From Candidatus Latescibacterota bacterium (GTDB lineage Bacteria; Latescibacterota; UBA2968; UBA8231), in assembly GCA_963422735.1 (NCBI GenBank), contig OY730476.1, forward strand, positions 160,001 to 224,000: a DNA stretch of 64,000 nucleotides. Reading direction: 5' to 3'. Numbering within the stretch: position 1 is the first letter of the stretch; each line of letters opens with the position of its first letter. Of the stretch, positions 35,796 to 46,262 are shown piece by piece. The translations under genes and the position numbers were made by a program. The notes beneath the pieces are model-generated. The model saw only the letters and a list, made by a program, of their open reading frames with translations. It had not been told where the DNA came from and made no database searches.

Positions 35796-38700
35796 ATGAA
35801 GTCTTTGATCGGCAGTCTCATCGGATTGATGTTGAGCGTCTGCGTCTGTACCTCGAGCGAAACCGAGCAACACTACTCGCCCCAAGAGCTGGAAGCGGCG
35901 AAAGCGGAACTGCGTGCGCACAATCGGTTGTGGACGTTCGAGGCGGGAGCCGTACTCGGCCAAGAATGGACGAGCCGTGCGCCGGAGGACGCCGAGCTGC
36001 GGGCACTCTACGCGCGTCAGCTACACGGGCAGTTGTACGGGCACCGAGAGATCCAGGAGCAAGCCGACGCGATCTTGGAATGGGAGCCGGACAACCCGTG
36101 GGGACTCTATGTGCAAGCACTCGCGTTTCTGGCAAACAGGGAGTACTCAGAGGCGGCCGAGTCCAGCCTACGCGCCTGGATGCGGCAGCCTCGGCCGGAG
36201 TTTGCCGCGACGTACCTTCAGGCGCTTAGGTTCAACGCGGAAGCGGGGATGGCATTTCTGGACTCAGTAGATGCGGCGACCCGCCAGCATCCTGAGGTTC
36301 TCCATGCCCGCGCGGAACTCGAGTACATGGCACGGTACACGCTGGAGGATCCCGCCTATGCGGATACGAGCCGGGCTACCTTGGCCCTGCTCCGAGCGCG
36401 TTGGCCCGACCACGTCAGCGGCTACTTTCGCGCCGCGGAACAGCTCTACCAAGCCAATAAGCCGAAGGAGGCACTCCCGCTGATCGAAGAGGCCGTTCGC
36501 CTCGCCCCGGGCTCTGCGGATGTGCGCTATTGGCATTGGCAGATTCTCAACGAGACGGATCAGCGCCCCGCCGAGCAGCGACGCACCGCCATTGAGGCCA
36601 GCATCACCGCGTATCGGAAGGCCGTGCCGGAGACCGTACGCGGCCTCGCCCTGCTCACCACGACTTATAGGTACGTACTCGAGGACGAAGAGAAGGCAGA
36701 GGAGTTTGAAGCGAAGCTGCTGGCGCAGGCTCCCGCGAGCCGACATGCGTCGCGGATCCACCAACAGAAGTTCCAACGGGAGTACCAACGATTACAGTCC
36801 AAGTTGGACCACCGCGAGGACGCGCCGGAGTACCAAGATCAGCTTCGCCTCGTCCGCGACGCGGCCTATCGGTTCCTCGAAAAACCCCTCTACGACGATA
36901 GCTTCCGCGAGAGGGCGTACCAAGCACTCTTCAGTGCCCTAAGCGACATGAACCCGGTTCCGGCCGAGGAACTCGCCGAGGCGGTGCGCGGCTTGGTCCG
37001 GTACGAGCGGCTCAACCCGCACCTAACGCACAGTGCCCTTATCTTGATGGCCGACCACACGCCGTACGCCGAGGAGGTCGCAGCAATCGCTCAGGGCGTC
37101 ATACAAGCCATGCTCGATAGGGCCGAAGAGGAAGCATGGGGGGAGGGTCGGCTGGACTACTACTTGGGCCTCGTCCACGATGCCCTCGGGTGGGCTCGCT
37201 ACAAAGCGGGTCGTATCGAGGAAGGCCGCAACGAGCTTGAGCGGGCACTGGAGTTTTCGAAGAGAAACACCCGTGCCCACTATCACTTAGGCCAAGTGTT
37301 CGAGCACATGGCGACCGAGGCCGAGGCTCGGGACGCCGTCGAGGCAGCCCGCACTTGGCTCGACAAGGCGGCGGACGCCTACATCGCCGGCCTCGAGGTC
37401 CGAACTTGGGGGACCAGGTCCAACCCCTGCCAGGCGGCCCTAGCCGCGCTGTACGAGCGCCGGAACGGCTCGCGCGAAGGGCTCGACGAGTATCTCGCCA
37501 CGCTCCACGCCGAGATCCGCTTAACGCCCAAAATCGACCTCCACCTCGAACCAACCCCTATTGAGGGGCTCCCCGATCGCACTCTCAATCTCCCGCCCGG
37601 CTTTAAGGTCAAACTTTTTTCTGACCAAGTAGATAAAGCCCGCTTCATGGCCTGGGACGACCAAGGCGTTCTGCATGTGGCGAACATGAAGACTCGCGGA
37701 AGGAGTCCATGGAGCCCAGCTTCCGGCCGCCAAGGCACGGTACTAGCCTTGCCCGACCAAGACGGCGACGGCCGCGCCGACACTGTGTACAAAGCGGCCG
37801 ACGACCTTAACTGGCCCCACAGCATCGCCTTCTATCAGGGAGCGCTCTTCGTCGCCGACGACGATGCCATCTATCGCCTCGAAGACCGCGACGCGGACGG
37901 CTTCTACGAGGAGCGCACCGTCTTCGCCGAAGTGCCCGGCTTTATGGGTCTTGCCTATGAGCACGTAACCCATACGCTGGTTTTCGACGAGTCCAACGAC
38001 AAGCTCTACTTCCACATTGGCGCGGGTTGCGACATCTGCCGCGAAGACGATCCAGAACGCTCCGCGGTCATACAGATGAACACCGATGGCACGGGTCGGC
38101 GGATCTTTGCTTCTGGACTGCGCAATGCCATCGGCCTCGATTTGCACCCGGTCACAGGCGAGCTGTGGGGTGCTAACACTGGGCACGACCGCGAGGGCCG
38201 GGACTTGCCGCCGGAGTGGATCACCCCCCTCCGCGACGGCGGCTTCTATGGCTGGCCGTTTGCTTACGCGGACAAAGTCTGGACGGATTTCTCCATTCGC
38301 GCCTACCAAAGGTCGATCTTTCCGCTGACTCGCTCCGATTCGCTGTTGGTTGCCAACATGGAGTCTCCAGCCGTCCTCGTACCCGCCCACTTGGCACCTA
38401 TGGCGTTGCATTTCTACAAGCACGACCAGTTTCCCCCTCAGTACAAACACGCTGCATTTGTCGCCTTTCGCGCGGGTGCATTGGGCAACGATCCGGGCTA
38501 TAAGGTCACGGCACTCTTTGCCGAACCGGATGGCTCCAACGCCCGCATCGCCGATTTTCTCACCGGCTTCCGGCTCGATTCCAACGAGGGCTGGGGTGCG
38601 ATCTCCGGTTTTTCCTTTTTTAATACCGGCAACGTGTGGGGTAAGCCGGTCGGGCTGACTACTGACGAGGCCGGACACCTCTATTTGACCAGTGACGAAA

Positions 38701-39047
38701 ACACCCAAGCCATCTTCCGCATTGAGGCTAGCCCCCTCCAGGGCACGTGGGAAAATCCCCCGCCCGACACCCTGCTCGCCGGCGCGGTGCTACCTTTGCG
38801 TTCGACGATTCGCCTCCGGCGGCAGGTAGCAGGCGCAGAGCCAGCTCAGCTAACGGCCAATCTGGCTGCGCTGGACGGCCCAGAGGCATTGCCTTTGCAG
38901 CGAATAGACGACCAGACCTATCGCTTGGAAGCCGACCTCTCGGCCGGCGAGCGCAACGGCCGCAAGAAACTGGTGGTGCATCTCGTCCAAGGCGACGAGG
39001 CGACCAAGTTGGTGCATTCTATCGTCGTGCTGCCCAGACAAGACTAG
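35796..39047 (+). CDS. Exported TPR-repeat protein fused to a PQQ-dependent glucose/sorbosone dehydrogenase-type beta-propeller
   Basis: Signal peptide; TPR helices (HDALGWARYKAG, AHYHLGQVF); C-terminal LPPGFKV, DQDGDGRAD, FASGLRNAIG, GGFYGWP, GKPVGL. Confidence 0.75.
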   Translation: MKSLIGSLIGLMLSVCVCTSSETEQHYSPQELEAAKAELRAHNRLWTFEAGAVLGQEWTSRAPEDAELRALYARQLHGQLYGHREIQEQADAILEWEPDNPWGLYVQALAFLANREYSEAAESSLRAWMRQPRPEFAATYLQALRFNAEAGMAFLDSVDAATRQHPEVLHARAELEYMARYTLEDPAYADTSRATLALLRARWPDHVSGYFRAAEQLYQANKPKEALPLIEEAVRLAPGSADVRYWHWQILNETDQRPAEQRRTAIEASITAYRKAVPETVRGLALLTTTYRYVLEDEEKAEEFEAKLLAQAPASRHASRIHQQKFQREYQRLQSKLDHREDAPEYQDQLRLVRDAAYRFLEKPLYDDSFRERAYQALFSALSDMNPVPAEELAEAVRGLVRYERLNPHLTHSALILMADHTPYAEEVAAIAQGVIQAMLDRAEEEAWGEGRLDYYLGLVHDALGWARYKAGRIEEGRNELERALEFSKRNTRAHYHLGQVFEHMATEAEARDAVEAARTWLDKAADAYIAGLEVRTWGTRSNPCQAALAALYERRNGSREGLDEYLATLHAEIRLTPKIDLHLEPTPIEGLPDRTLNLPPGFKVKLFSDQVDKARFMAWDDQGVLHVANMKTRGRSPWSPASGRQGTVLALPDQDGDGRADTVYKAADDLNWPHSIAFYQGALFVADDDAIYRLEDRDADGFYEERTVFAEVPGFMGLAYEHVTHTLVFDESNDKLYFHIGAGCDICREDDPERSAVIQMNTDGTGRRIFASGLRNAIGLDLHPVTGELWGANTGHDREGRDLPPEWITPLRDGGFYGWPFAYADKVWTDFSIRAYQRSIFPLTRSDSLLVANMESPAVLVPAHLAPMALHFYKHDQFPPQYKHAAFVAFRAGALGNDPGYKVTALFAEPDGSNARIADFLTGFRLDSNEGWGAISGFSFFNTGNVWGKPVGLTTDEAGHLYLTSDENTQAIFRIEASPLQGTWENPPPDTLLAGAVLPLRSTIRLRRQVAGAEPAQLTANLAALDGPEALPLQRIDDQTYRLEADLSAGERNGRKKLVVHLVQGDEATKLVHSIVVLPRQD

Positions 39048-39058
39048 ACCCTGAACCA

Positions 39059-40279
39059 ATGAAACGCCTCCCGCTCATCGTCCTCTGCTGTGTGTCGCTG
39101 TACTCCTGCGTCAAAAGCCTCGTTGACCCGGACATTCAGCCTTTGTCTGCGGCAAGTCCTAAAATAATGGTCCACTATATGCCTTGGTACGCCTCCAAGC
39201 CCGTCAGCGGCGCGTGGGGCTGGCACTGGACGATGAATCACTTTAATCCCGACACTATCGCCGACGATGGCCGCCGCGCAATAGCCTCTCATTACTACCC
39301 ATTGATCGGGCCGTACGATTCAAACGATCCACACGCCTTGGAATGTCATGTATTGCTTATGAAGCTCGCGGGCATCGACGGCGCGATCATCGACTGGTAC
39401 GGCATCAAAGATCACCGCGATTACGCCGCGATCCACCGCAACACAAATCACCTAATTGCGTACATCAAAAAGGCTGGATTGAGCTTCGCAATATGTTACG
39501 AAGATCAATCGGTGAAGCACCTCGTCAACGATGGGGTTCTCCGCGAAAATCAAGCCCTTAGCCACGGCAAGGAGGTCTTGCGCTGGATGCAGGATCACTG
39601 GTTTGTCGCCGACGAATACGCCAAGATCGCTGGCCGGCCTCTGCTCTTCGTATTCGGTCCGCAGTACTTCAAAGGGGCGGCGTGGAAGAAGCTATTTTCG
39701 GGCTTGCCGCAACCTCCGTACTTCTACACCCTGAACTCACCGCAGGAAGGAGCCGAAGGGGTATTCGGGTGGCCTCCAGTACACGAAGGCCGCGTCGTGC
39801 CTCCTGTTGCTTGGCGCGCCTACCTAAGCCAGCTCTACACAGAGAAGGCCGGCATCGGCACGGCGTTTCCCAAGTTCCACGACATCTGCGAGGAAGCCGG
39901 TGTGCGCGAAAGCTACGGCTACCTAGACGACCAAGAAGGCGCGGTTTTTGTAGAGACGCTAGAACGCGCTGGGGAGCGCGCGTCGCTGATCCAGATTGTC
40001 ACTTGGAACGATTATGGCGAGGGCACCATAATCGAGCCGACGGCGGAATTCGGTTATCGCTATCTCGAAGCACTACAGAACTACCGCAAAAAGTACGCCG
40101 GCAAGAAGTTTCCTTACAGCGCAGAAGATCTGCGGCTACCCATCGCGCTATACAAGCTTCGCAAACAAGTAGCGGCGGACGGGCGGGCAACCACACGCCT
40201 CGACAGCGCAGCGGCCCTTCTATTCGCGTCTGAGAGTGAGGCCGCGAGAAAAATACTGCTCCGGGACGCCATTGACTAG
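39059..40279 (+). CDS. Glycoside hydrolase family 99/71-like lipoprotein
   Basis: Lipobox-like LYSC; MVHYMPWY, YYPLIGPYDS, AGIDG, TWNDYGEGTIIEP. Confidence 0.8.
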   Translation: MKRLPLIVLCCVSLYSCVKSLVDPDIQPLSAASPKIMVHYMPWYASKPVSGAWGWHWTMNHFNPDTIADDGRRAIASHYYPLIGPYDSNDPHALECHVLLMKLAGIDGAIIDWYGIKDHRDYAAIHRNTNHLIAYIKKAGLSFAICYEDQSVKHLVNDGVLRENQALSHGKEVLRWMQDHWFVADEYAKIAGRPLLFVFGPQYFKGAAWKKLFSGLPQPPYFYTLNSPQEGAEGVFGWPPVHEGRVVPPVAWRAYLSQLYTEKAGIGTAFPKFHDICEEAGVRESYGYLDDQEGAVFVETLERAGERASLIQIVTWNDYGEGTIIEPTAEFGYRYLEALQNYRKKYAGKKFPYSAEDLRLPIALYKLRKQVAADGRATTRLDSAAALLFASESEAARKILLRDAID

Positions 40280-40300
40280 AGCGCACAGAGGGGATACCCT

Positions 40301-41302
40301 GTGACGACCTTTCACCCGGAGCGCGTTATGGACCTGACCACTGCCGAATGCCAACACTTCCACGACCTCGGCTACGCAATCAAAGAAGACATCTACTCTC
40401 AAGCCGATCTCCAACCCCTCAAGGACAGCCTCACTGCCGTCATTGACCAGACGTGTGCCGCCTTGCAAAAGGAAGGGCTGCTCGGCGCGGAAACCTTTGC
40501 CGCCGAACCCTTTGAAACCCGGCTCGGTTCCCTCTTCAAAGCCAATGTCGCAGTCGGCGAGCGCGTGACCCAAGCGATCATGGGGCGCGGTGGCGGCGGC
40601 TTCAAGGAACAGGCCATTCTCGACTTTTTGCGCCATCCGCCGCTCGTCTCCTGCATCGAAAGCCTCGTCGGCCCCGACATCATTGGCTCGTCCGTGTACC
40701 GCATCCGCCCCAAGGCCCCCGGCTACTCGCGCGGGGCTGTGCCTTGGCACCAAGACTCGGGTTATTTTATGCCTCACTGCGATCAGAGCCTGATCGTGAC
40801 CTGCTGGATTCCCCTCGTCGATGCCACCATTGAAAATGGCTGCCTACACGTCATCCCCAAATCGCACCACAGCGGCGTCTATCGCCACTACACCGGCGGG
40901 CAAGGCGGGTATCTCGAAATCGCCCGCGAAGACCTGCCGGCCCCCGAGCCTGTGGCCTGCCCAATGTGCGCCGGCTCGGTGCTCTTTATGACCAATCTCA
41001 CTCCGCACGCCTCCTTTGAGAACAACACCGACATCGTCCGCTGGAGCGTCGATCTCCGCTACCAAGACGCCGAAGTCCCAAACAACATTGACGAAGCCCC
41101 CAGAGACTTCAGCCCGGAACGCGACCCAATCACCATGGCCTGTCTGCCTACGGAAGGCGACTTTGTCATCAAAGACGCACAAAAACCAGAGCGCGAAGTC
41201 ACCGACATTGCCGAATTCAAGGAAATCCGCACCCGCTACGAACGGACCCCTGTACACAAGCCCGGCCGCGGCTGGACTCCTTTTGCCGAGCGCCAAGTCT
41301 AA
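40301..41302 (+). CDS. Phytanoyl-CoA dioxygenase (PhyH) family Fe(II)/2OG enzyme
   Basis: PWHQDSGY (HxD), WIPLVDATIENGCL, distal H in TPHAS, RWSVDLRY. Confidence 0.88.
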   Translation: MTTFHPERVMDLTTAECQHFHDLGYAIKEDIYSQADLQPLKDSLTAVIDQTCAALQKEGLLGAETFAAEPFETRLGSLFKANVAVGERVTQAIMGRGGGGFKEQAILDFLRHPPLVSCIESLVGPDIIGSSVYRIRPKAPGYSRGAVPWHQDSGYFMPHCDQSLIVTCWIPLVDATIENGCLHVIPKSHHSGVYRHYTGGQGGYLEIAREDLPAPEPVACPMCAGSVLFMTNLTPHASFENNTDIVRWSVDLRYQDAEVPNNIDEAPRDFSPERDPITMACLPTEGDFVIKDAQKPEREVTDIAEFKEIRTRYERTPVHKPGRGWTPFAERQV

Positions 41303-41311
41303 CTTTTCGCT

Positions 41312-41956
41312 GTGGAAAAAAAGCTGACAGATAGCTGCCTAGAAAAAGAAAATTTGAAGAACGTGCTCGTGAACTTCGCCCACTGGATTTTCGACCTTGA
41401 TAACACACTAGCCGATAGTGCCATTGAATTCGATGCTATACGCCAGAAGTTGAGCCTGCCTTTGGGCAAGGGCATGCTCGAAGAAATTGACGCTCGCCCC
41501 GCTGCCGAAGCGGCTGTGCTCAGACGCCGCCTTGCCGCGCTCGAACGCGAGTACGCGCTCCGCGCCCAACCTCTACCCGGCGTCCACGCGCTGCTGACCT
41601 CGCTAGTCGAACGCGGTACCCAACTCGGCATCCTCACCCGCAACAACCACGCCAATGCGTTGCAGACGCTCGCCGTCTGCGACCTCGCCGAATTCTTCGA
41701 TCCCGCCCACGTCTTAGGCCGCGACGAGGCCGCCCCCAAGCCCGATCCCGATGGCATCCACAAACTGCTCGCCGCCTGGGGTGCCGCGCCGGAAACCGCC
41801 TTGATGGTCGGCGACTTCCGCTATGATCTCGAAGCCGGCCGCCGCGCCGAGGTCACCACCATCTACTACGACGCTGCTGATCAGGACCTATGGACGGCTG
41901 AAGCCGACTTCCGCGTCCAAAGCCACGCCGAGCTGCTCGCGCTGGTGTGCGGGTAG
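41312..41956 (+). CDS. HAD-family hydrolase
   Basis: IFDLDNTL, KPDPDGI, MVGDFRYD; true start may be near 41363-41369. Confidence 0.85.
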   Translation: MEKKLTDSCLEKENLKNVLVNFAHWIFDLDNTLADSAIEFDAIRQKLSLPLGKGMLEEIDARPAAEAAVLRRRLAALEREYALRAQPLPGVHALLTSLVERGTQLGILTRNNHANALQTLAVCDLAEFFDPAHVLGRDEAAPKPDPDGIHKLLAAWGAAPETALMVGDFRYDLEAGRRAEVTTIYYDAADQDLWTAEADFRVQSHAELLALVCG

Positions 41957-41961
41957 GTTCG

Positions 41962-43416
41962 CTAGGAACCCCGCCGTCCACTCCGCCGCATATTGCCCGC
42001 GTTGCGCTGGCCGCCGCGAGATGAGAAAAAACTACTACGCTGCTGGTCAAAGCTGTTGCCGCCCTTGCCCGACCCACGCCCGGCCTTATCCTTGCGTTCG
42101 TGCGCCTCGCTGAGGTGCAGCTTCTGCCCTTCAAATTCCTTGTCGTTGAGATGGGCAATGGCCTCTTCGCCCTCGTGCCGGGTAGCCATCTCCACGTAGC
42201 CGAAGCCACGCGAGGCACCGCTTTTTTTATCTCGGGCGATGGTGGCGGCTACCACCTTCCCGTACGGTTGGAAGAGCTGGGTCAGCGCCTCCTTCTTGGT
42301 CGTCTTCGCCAAATTGCCCACGTGTATATTCACAGTGTACTCCTTTCGCTGGCGCGGATTGTTTTCCTTTGAGCGTCTGTCTTGCATTTTTCCGATTTGG
42401 ATGCCGGTCAGTGCCCGTATATCCTCATCGAGTCTCGCAAGCCGTTTGATTTTCCGCAAATCGGGATAATCCACCCACACCATTGCCAAGTACTCCCGAT
42501 ACCAGTACGCGAAATCTTCGTATTGGCTATAGCGCTTGAGGACCTGCGGCTGCTTGAAATACCAAGGCTTGAATCCAGCGTAGTGGGTGCCGAAAAGTGC
42601 CTTTAGCCCTGGATAGCCCTTGAACCCGATAAAGCGCAAGTCGATGCTCTTCCAGCTTCCGGAATAACGCATCGTCATGTACTGCATGTCCGGGTAGTCG
42701 AATAGGTCCGCGACGTACTCGACTATCGGGGGCTTGGCGATTGTCTCGCAGATGTCGAGAAACTCCCGCATGGAAGGTTCCCACACGTACAGCGAACCGC
42801 TGATGCCGGTGTTGTTGCCGGGGTCGGCTGCAACTCGGTCCGTAATTTCTCGGGGAATGGCCCGGCCGTGGGGGCACGTCGCGTACAGGCGGTGCCATTT
42901 CCACTCGGTGCCGACGTGCAGATTTTGCGGGACGATATACCGGCCCTGTTCGTCTTCCTCAATGCAGTGCTCCTTGCGCTCGTTTAAGACCCCGGAAGGC
43001 GCGTCGAGCGTAAAAAGATGATCGAACCACTTCAGCGGTAGCACATCGGCGTCGAGGACCACGATCTTCTCGTAAGAGAGGCCCAAGTCTCCGTCGGCCC
43101 CGAGGCGGAAGGCGTTCTGCCGGGTGAACCAAAAGGGGCGGTCCCGTCGCTGGTGACTGCGCTTGTGCGGCACATGCACGGTCTCGACCTCAACCACGTG
43201 ATCGTAGAGCACTGCGAGCGCGTCGCGGGCGTCGGCTGTGATTTCGGGCGTGACCAAGCAGACCAGATCCGCCTCGGTCCACTGCCGACGCAGACCATAG
43301 GCCAGCAAGAGCGCACCCGGCACGTAGCTGTCGTTCATCATCACAAAAGTGACGTATGCAAAGCGCGCGCTGCCGTCTGCGCGCTTGACGGTGTCTGGCA
43401 TGTTAATGGAAATCAC
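41962..43416 (-). CDS. Glycogenin-like glycosyltransferase family 8 fused in frame to an RRM RNA-binding domain with a Gly/Arg-rich tail
   Basis: AYVTFVMMNDSYVPGALLLAYGL, YEKIVVLDAD (DxD); C-terminal IHVGNL (RNP2) and RGFGYVEM (RNP1); internal AAAGGAG RBS plus GTG at 42333. Confidence 0.8.
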   Translation of the reverse strand: MISINMPDTVKRADGSARFAYVTFVMMNDSYVPGALLLAYGLRRQWTEADLVCLVTPEITADARDALAVLYDHVVEVETVHVPHKRSHQRRDRPFWFTRQNAFRLGADGDLGLSYEKIVVLDADVLPLKWFDHLFTLDAPSGVLNERKEHCIEEDEQGRYIVPQNLHVGTEWKWHRLYATCPHGRAIPREITDRVAADPGNNTGISGSLYVWEPSMREFLDICETIAKPPIVEYVADLFDYPDMQYMTMRYSGSWKSIDLRFIGFKGYPGLKALFGTHYAGFKPWYFKQPQVLKRYSQYEDFAYWYREYLAMVWVDYPDLRKIKRLARLDEDIRALTGIQIGKMQDRRSKENNPRQRKEYTVNIHVGNLAKTTKKEALTQLFQPYGKVVAATIARDKKSGASRGFGYVEMATRHEGEEAIAHLNDKEFEGQKLHLSEAHERKDKAGRGSGKGGNSFDQQRSSFFSSRGGQRNAGNMRRSGRRGS

Positions 43417-43464
43417 GAACCTCGCGTCCTTTCTCTAGTCGTAGTCGGCGTCGATTTTCTTGGC

Positions 43465-43790
43465 TAGCGCTGCATCCGCGTCTTGCCGTACCAATCCATC
43501 ATCCACTCCACCATTACTCCCCGCGCTCTTGCATGCGCCTTGTACCGTTCGTCGAGGCCCCTTTCTATTCTAAATGATACAACTCCCCGTAGGGAAAACC
43601 AATTTCCACGCCTTGGTTCGCGCCGTGATGCGCGGGCCATACTCGGAAAACACGGTTGTCGTGCAATACGGCCTCTTTCCCGTGCAACAGCGGCCCCAAA
43701 GAAAACCCCGCCCCGGCCAACGACCCCAATTCCGCCATTTCCAACAGGGTCGGGCCTAGGTTAATCAGCTCTACTAGCGGATCGCGCATC
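43465..43790 (-). pseudogene. Degraded C-terminal fragment of a sulfatase
   Basis: LVELINLGPTLLEMA, then TTVFSEYGPR..RTKAWKLV, then YGELYHL across different frames; boundaries approximate. Confidence 0.55.
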
Positions 43791-43842
43791 CCCCGGGATC
43801 GGCAAAAACCAGCGGTACCCGTGCCACTGAGGTTAGAGCGCG

Positions 43843-44625
43843 CTAATCGTCGATACAAACAATGCGGCCCCAATACTGGGGCCGGACAGCTAGCGCTTCG
43901 AGCCAACCGACCGCGAAGTCCACGACGTCTCGTTGCGGCATGAGCTGGCAATCTGCAAGACCAACCCGGCCACGATGGACGACATGGCCCGCGTCTGATC
44001 GCAGGAAGTCCTCGCCGATGCGATCAAAATCTGAGCTGTCGATGTCAACATCTTCAAAAGTAGTCCATCTCCGCGAATCCGAGGTAGAGATCGGTGCGCC
44101 CTGTTGGATGACGCGTTTGGTGGGAAAAGTCGCCCGATATTCCGCCAGATGCCTAGACGTATTGTTTCCATGACTCACACCAAGACGCAGGACAAAACCG
44201 TGCAAATCGTAGATGCTTGGGGTCTAGATGCACAAAATGAGCAGTGCGGATGTGCGCTGCGGAGAACGTCTCCGCGATAACGCCCATAGCACGAGTGGGG
44301 GTAAGCCCCGGGTCGTAGGCCGGCATGTTCTCGCGGATTACCGGCCACCACGGCTCGGGGACGGGCGGACTTTCCCACTTGCTCGGTTCAGTCAAGTCGG
44401 GCGAGTGGGCGGGCTCACAAGCGTTCCAGTGGGCCCCCAAGACTTTCTGCAGGGCGACGATGACCGCCACAGATCCTCCGCACACCCATCCCAGCGCCCT
44501 CAAGGACGAATGCACCAACACGACCCTCTCCGGTTTGACGCCAAACGCACGGAAGTCCGCCTGTAGCGATTCGACCGTGGCGGGAACTTCTGTTTTTTGA
44601 ACGATCTTGTCGTCATTCTGCGGAT
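43843..44625 (-). pseudogene. Aminoglycoside N3-acetyltransferase (AAC(3)/YokD family), frameshifted, start codon lost
   Basis: IVQKTEVPATVESL...VLVHSSLRALGWVCGG, MPAYDP..TPTRAMG, SAHPHCSF, NNTSRHLAE, LMPQRDVVDFA split over three frames. Confidence 0.8.
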
Positions 44626-44792
44626 AAGAGCCTGTTTTGCCTATTGGCCATTTTCTCAGTGTCGGCCATTGTAGATAGCCGTCCTGATAGCGTCCTCAAG
44701 CTCGGATTTTATCCCTCCAACTGCTGCCTGTAGCCCATGGTACATCCTTTCGAGTGAAAATCGCGATTCAGCTTTCTCGAGCACCCGTACCC

Positions 44793-46262
44793 TCACTGCC
44801 CCAAAGAGTGCGGATAGCCCCGCTCCCACCCGGCCGCGCCGAATATCTTGTCGGCCCACAGGGAGACATTTTCGGAAGAGTAAACCAAGTTGTAGTCGTG
44901 CGAGGTCTGTACAGAGTGCATGACCTCGCGCCAGAGCGCAGCGTCCAAGTGCCGGTATGCGGCCGCGTGCGACGCGGACTCGGCGAGATTGTGCTGTTCT
45001 TGGGAATCTTCCTGCAAATCGAAAAGCCCGGCCGCGCCGTTGTTGTATTTCACTAGCTTGTGCCGCCCGTCGTAGGCCATCCAGCCGGATTGCAAGCCGC
45101 CGACTAGCATGTCGCGCCGCGCTCCGCCGGTCAAGCCCAAGCCAGGCAGGGGCTGGGCATCCATGTACTCCGGCACGCCGTGACCAGACGCCGCCAGCAG
45201 GGTGGCGGTGACGTCTGTGAGGCAAACCAAGTCGTCGCGCACCGCGCTGGCGGCACCGCCCGGCGGGCGCACCAGCATGGGCACGTGGCAGCTACCTTCG
45301 TAGAAGTTGCCCTTGGCATTCACGCCGTGATCCCCGACCAAATCGCCGTGGTCTGAGGAGAAGATGACGAGCGTATTGTCGAGACGGCCGCTTTCCTCCA
45401 AGGCCGCGAGGATGCGACCGACCTCGTGGTCTATCTGCAATATGAGGGCCGAATAGTGGGCGCGCACCTTGCGCTTTTGCTCCTCGGTGTAGGGGCCTTC
45501 GGTCTCTGGAGTCCATATCGGCACGCCTGGCCGACGCCGGGGATGGATGCCCTCGCGGACATCGCGGTGGATGGGACCGCCGGGTGCGGGAGTGGGAATT
45601 TTATCGACATCGACTTTGGCCAAAAACTCCGGCGTGGGGTCGTAGGGGTCGTGCGGGCCGGGAAAGCCCACCATGCAGGCGAAGGGCCGCTCGTCGTCGT
45701 ACTCGCGGATGAAGCGCACCGCCTCCTCGCCGACGAAGTAATCCCAGTAGCAATCCCAAGGCAGCAGCGACACACAAGCGCCGCGATGCTCGTCGTAGCC
45801 GGGGTGCTCCTTGCCCATGTACTTGCGGTGGCCGCGCCGCTGCAAATAGTGCCAATAGTCGTCTTGGATGTTGACCCACACCTTGTCCTCACAGGCGATG
45901 CGATGTTGGAAGCCAAAAGAGGCGTCCCAAGGATAGAAGTGCATCTTGCCGATAGCCGAGGTGAGGTAGCCATAGTCGGTCAACATCTCCGCCCAAGTGC
46001 GGATGCCGCACGCGGCGTGGTCCGGGCGCAGGTAATTGCCGTTGGTCAGCACGTGGGTGCGCCAAGCGTTGAGGCCGGTGAGCAGCGAACAACGCGCCGG
46101 TACGCAGACCGGGTGCAAGCTGTACGCGCGGTCGTAGCGGATGCCCTCGGCGGCAATGCGGTCGATGTGGGGCGTGGAAATGTGGGGGGCACCATAACAA
46201 CTGAGAAAGTCGTGGCGCATCTGGTCTGGCATGATGAACAACAAGTTGGGTCGGTCGCTCAT
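44793..46262 (-). CDS. Sulfatase (formylglycine-dependent)
   Basis: RPNLLFIMPDQ, CVPARCSLLTG (CxPxR), GKMH, PHDP, SDHG. Confidence 0.92.
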   Translation of the reverse strand: MSDRPNLLFIMPDQMRHDFLSCYGAPHISTPHIDRIAAEGIRYDRAYSLHPVCVPARCSLLTGLNAWRTHVLTNGNYLRPDHAACGIRTWAEMLTDYGYLTSAIGKMHFYPWDASFGFQHRIACEDKVWVNIQDDYWHYLQRRGHRKYMGKEHPGYDEHRGACVSLLPWDCYWDYFVGEEAVRFIREYDDERPFACMVGFPGPHDPYDPTPEFLAKVDVDKIPTPAPGGPIHRDVREGIHPRRRPGVPIWTPETEGPYTEEQKRKVRAHYSALILQIDHEVGRILAALEESGRLDNTLVIFSSDHGDLVGDHGVNAKGNFYEGSCHVPMLVRPPGGAASAVRDDLVCLTDVTATLLAASGHGVPEYMDAQPLPGLGLTGGARRDMLVGGLQSGWMAYDGRHKLVKYNNGAAGLFDLQEDSQEQHNLAESASHAAAYRHLDAALWREVMHSVQTSHDYNLVYSSENVSLWADKIFGAAGWERGYPHSLGQ

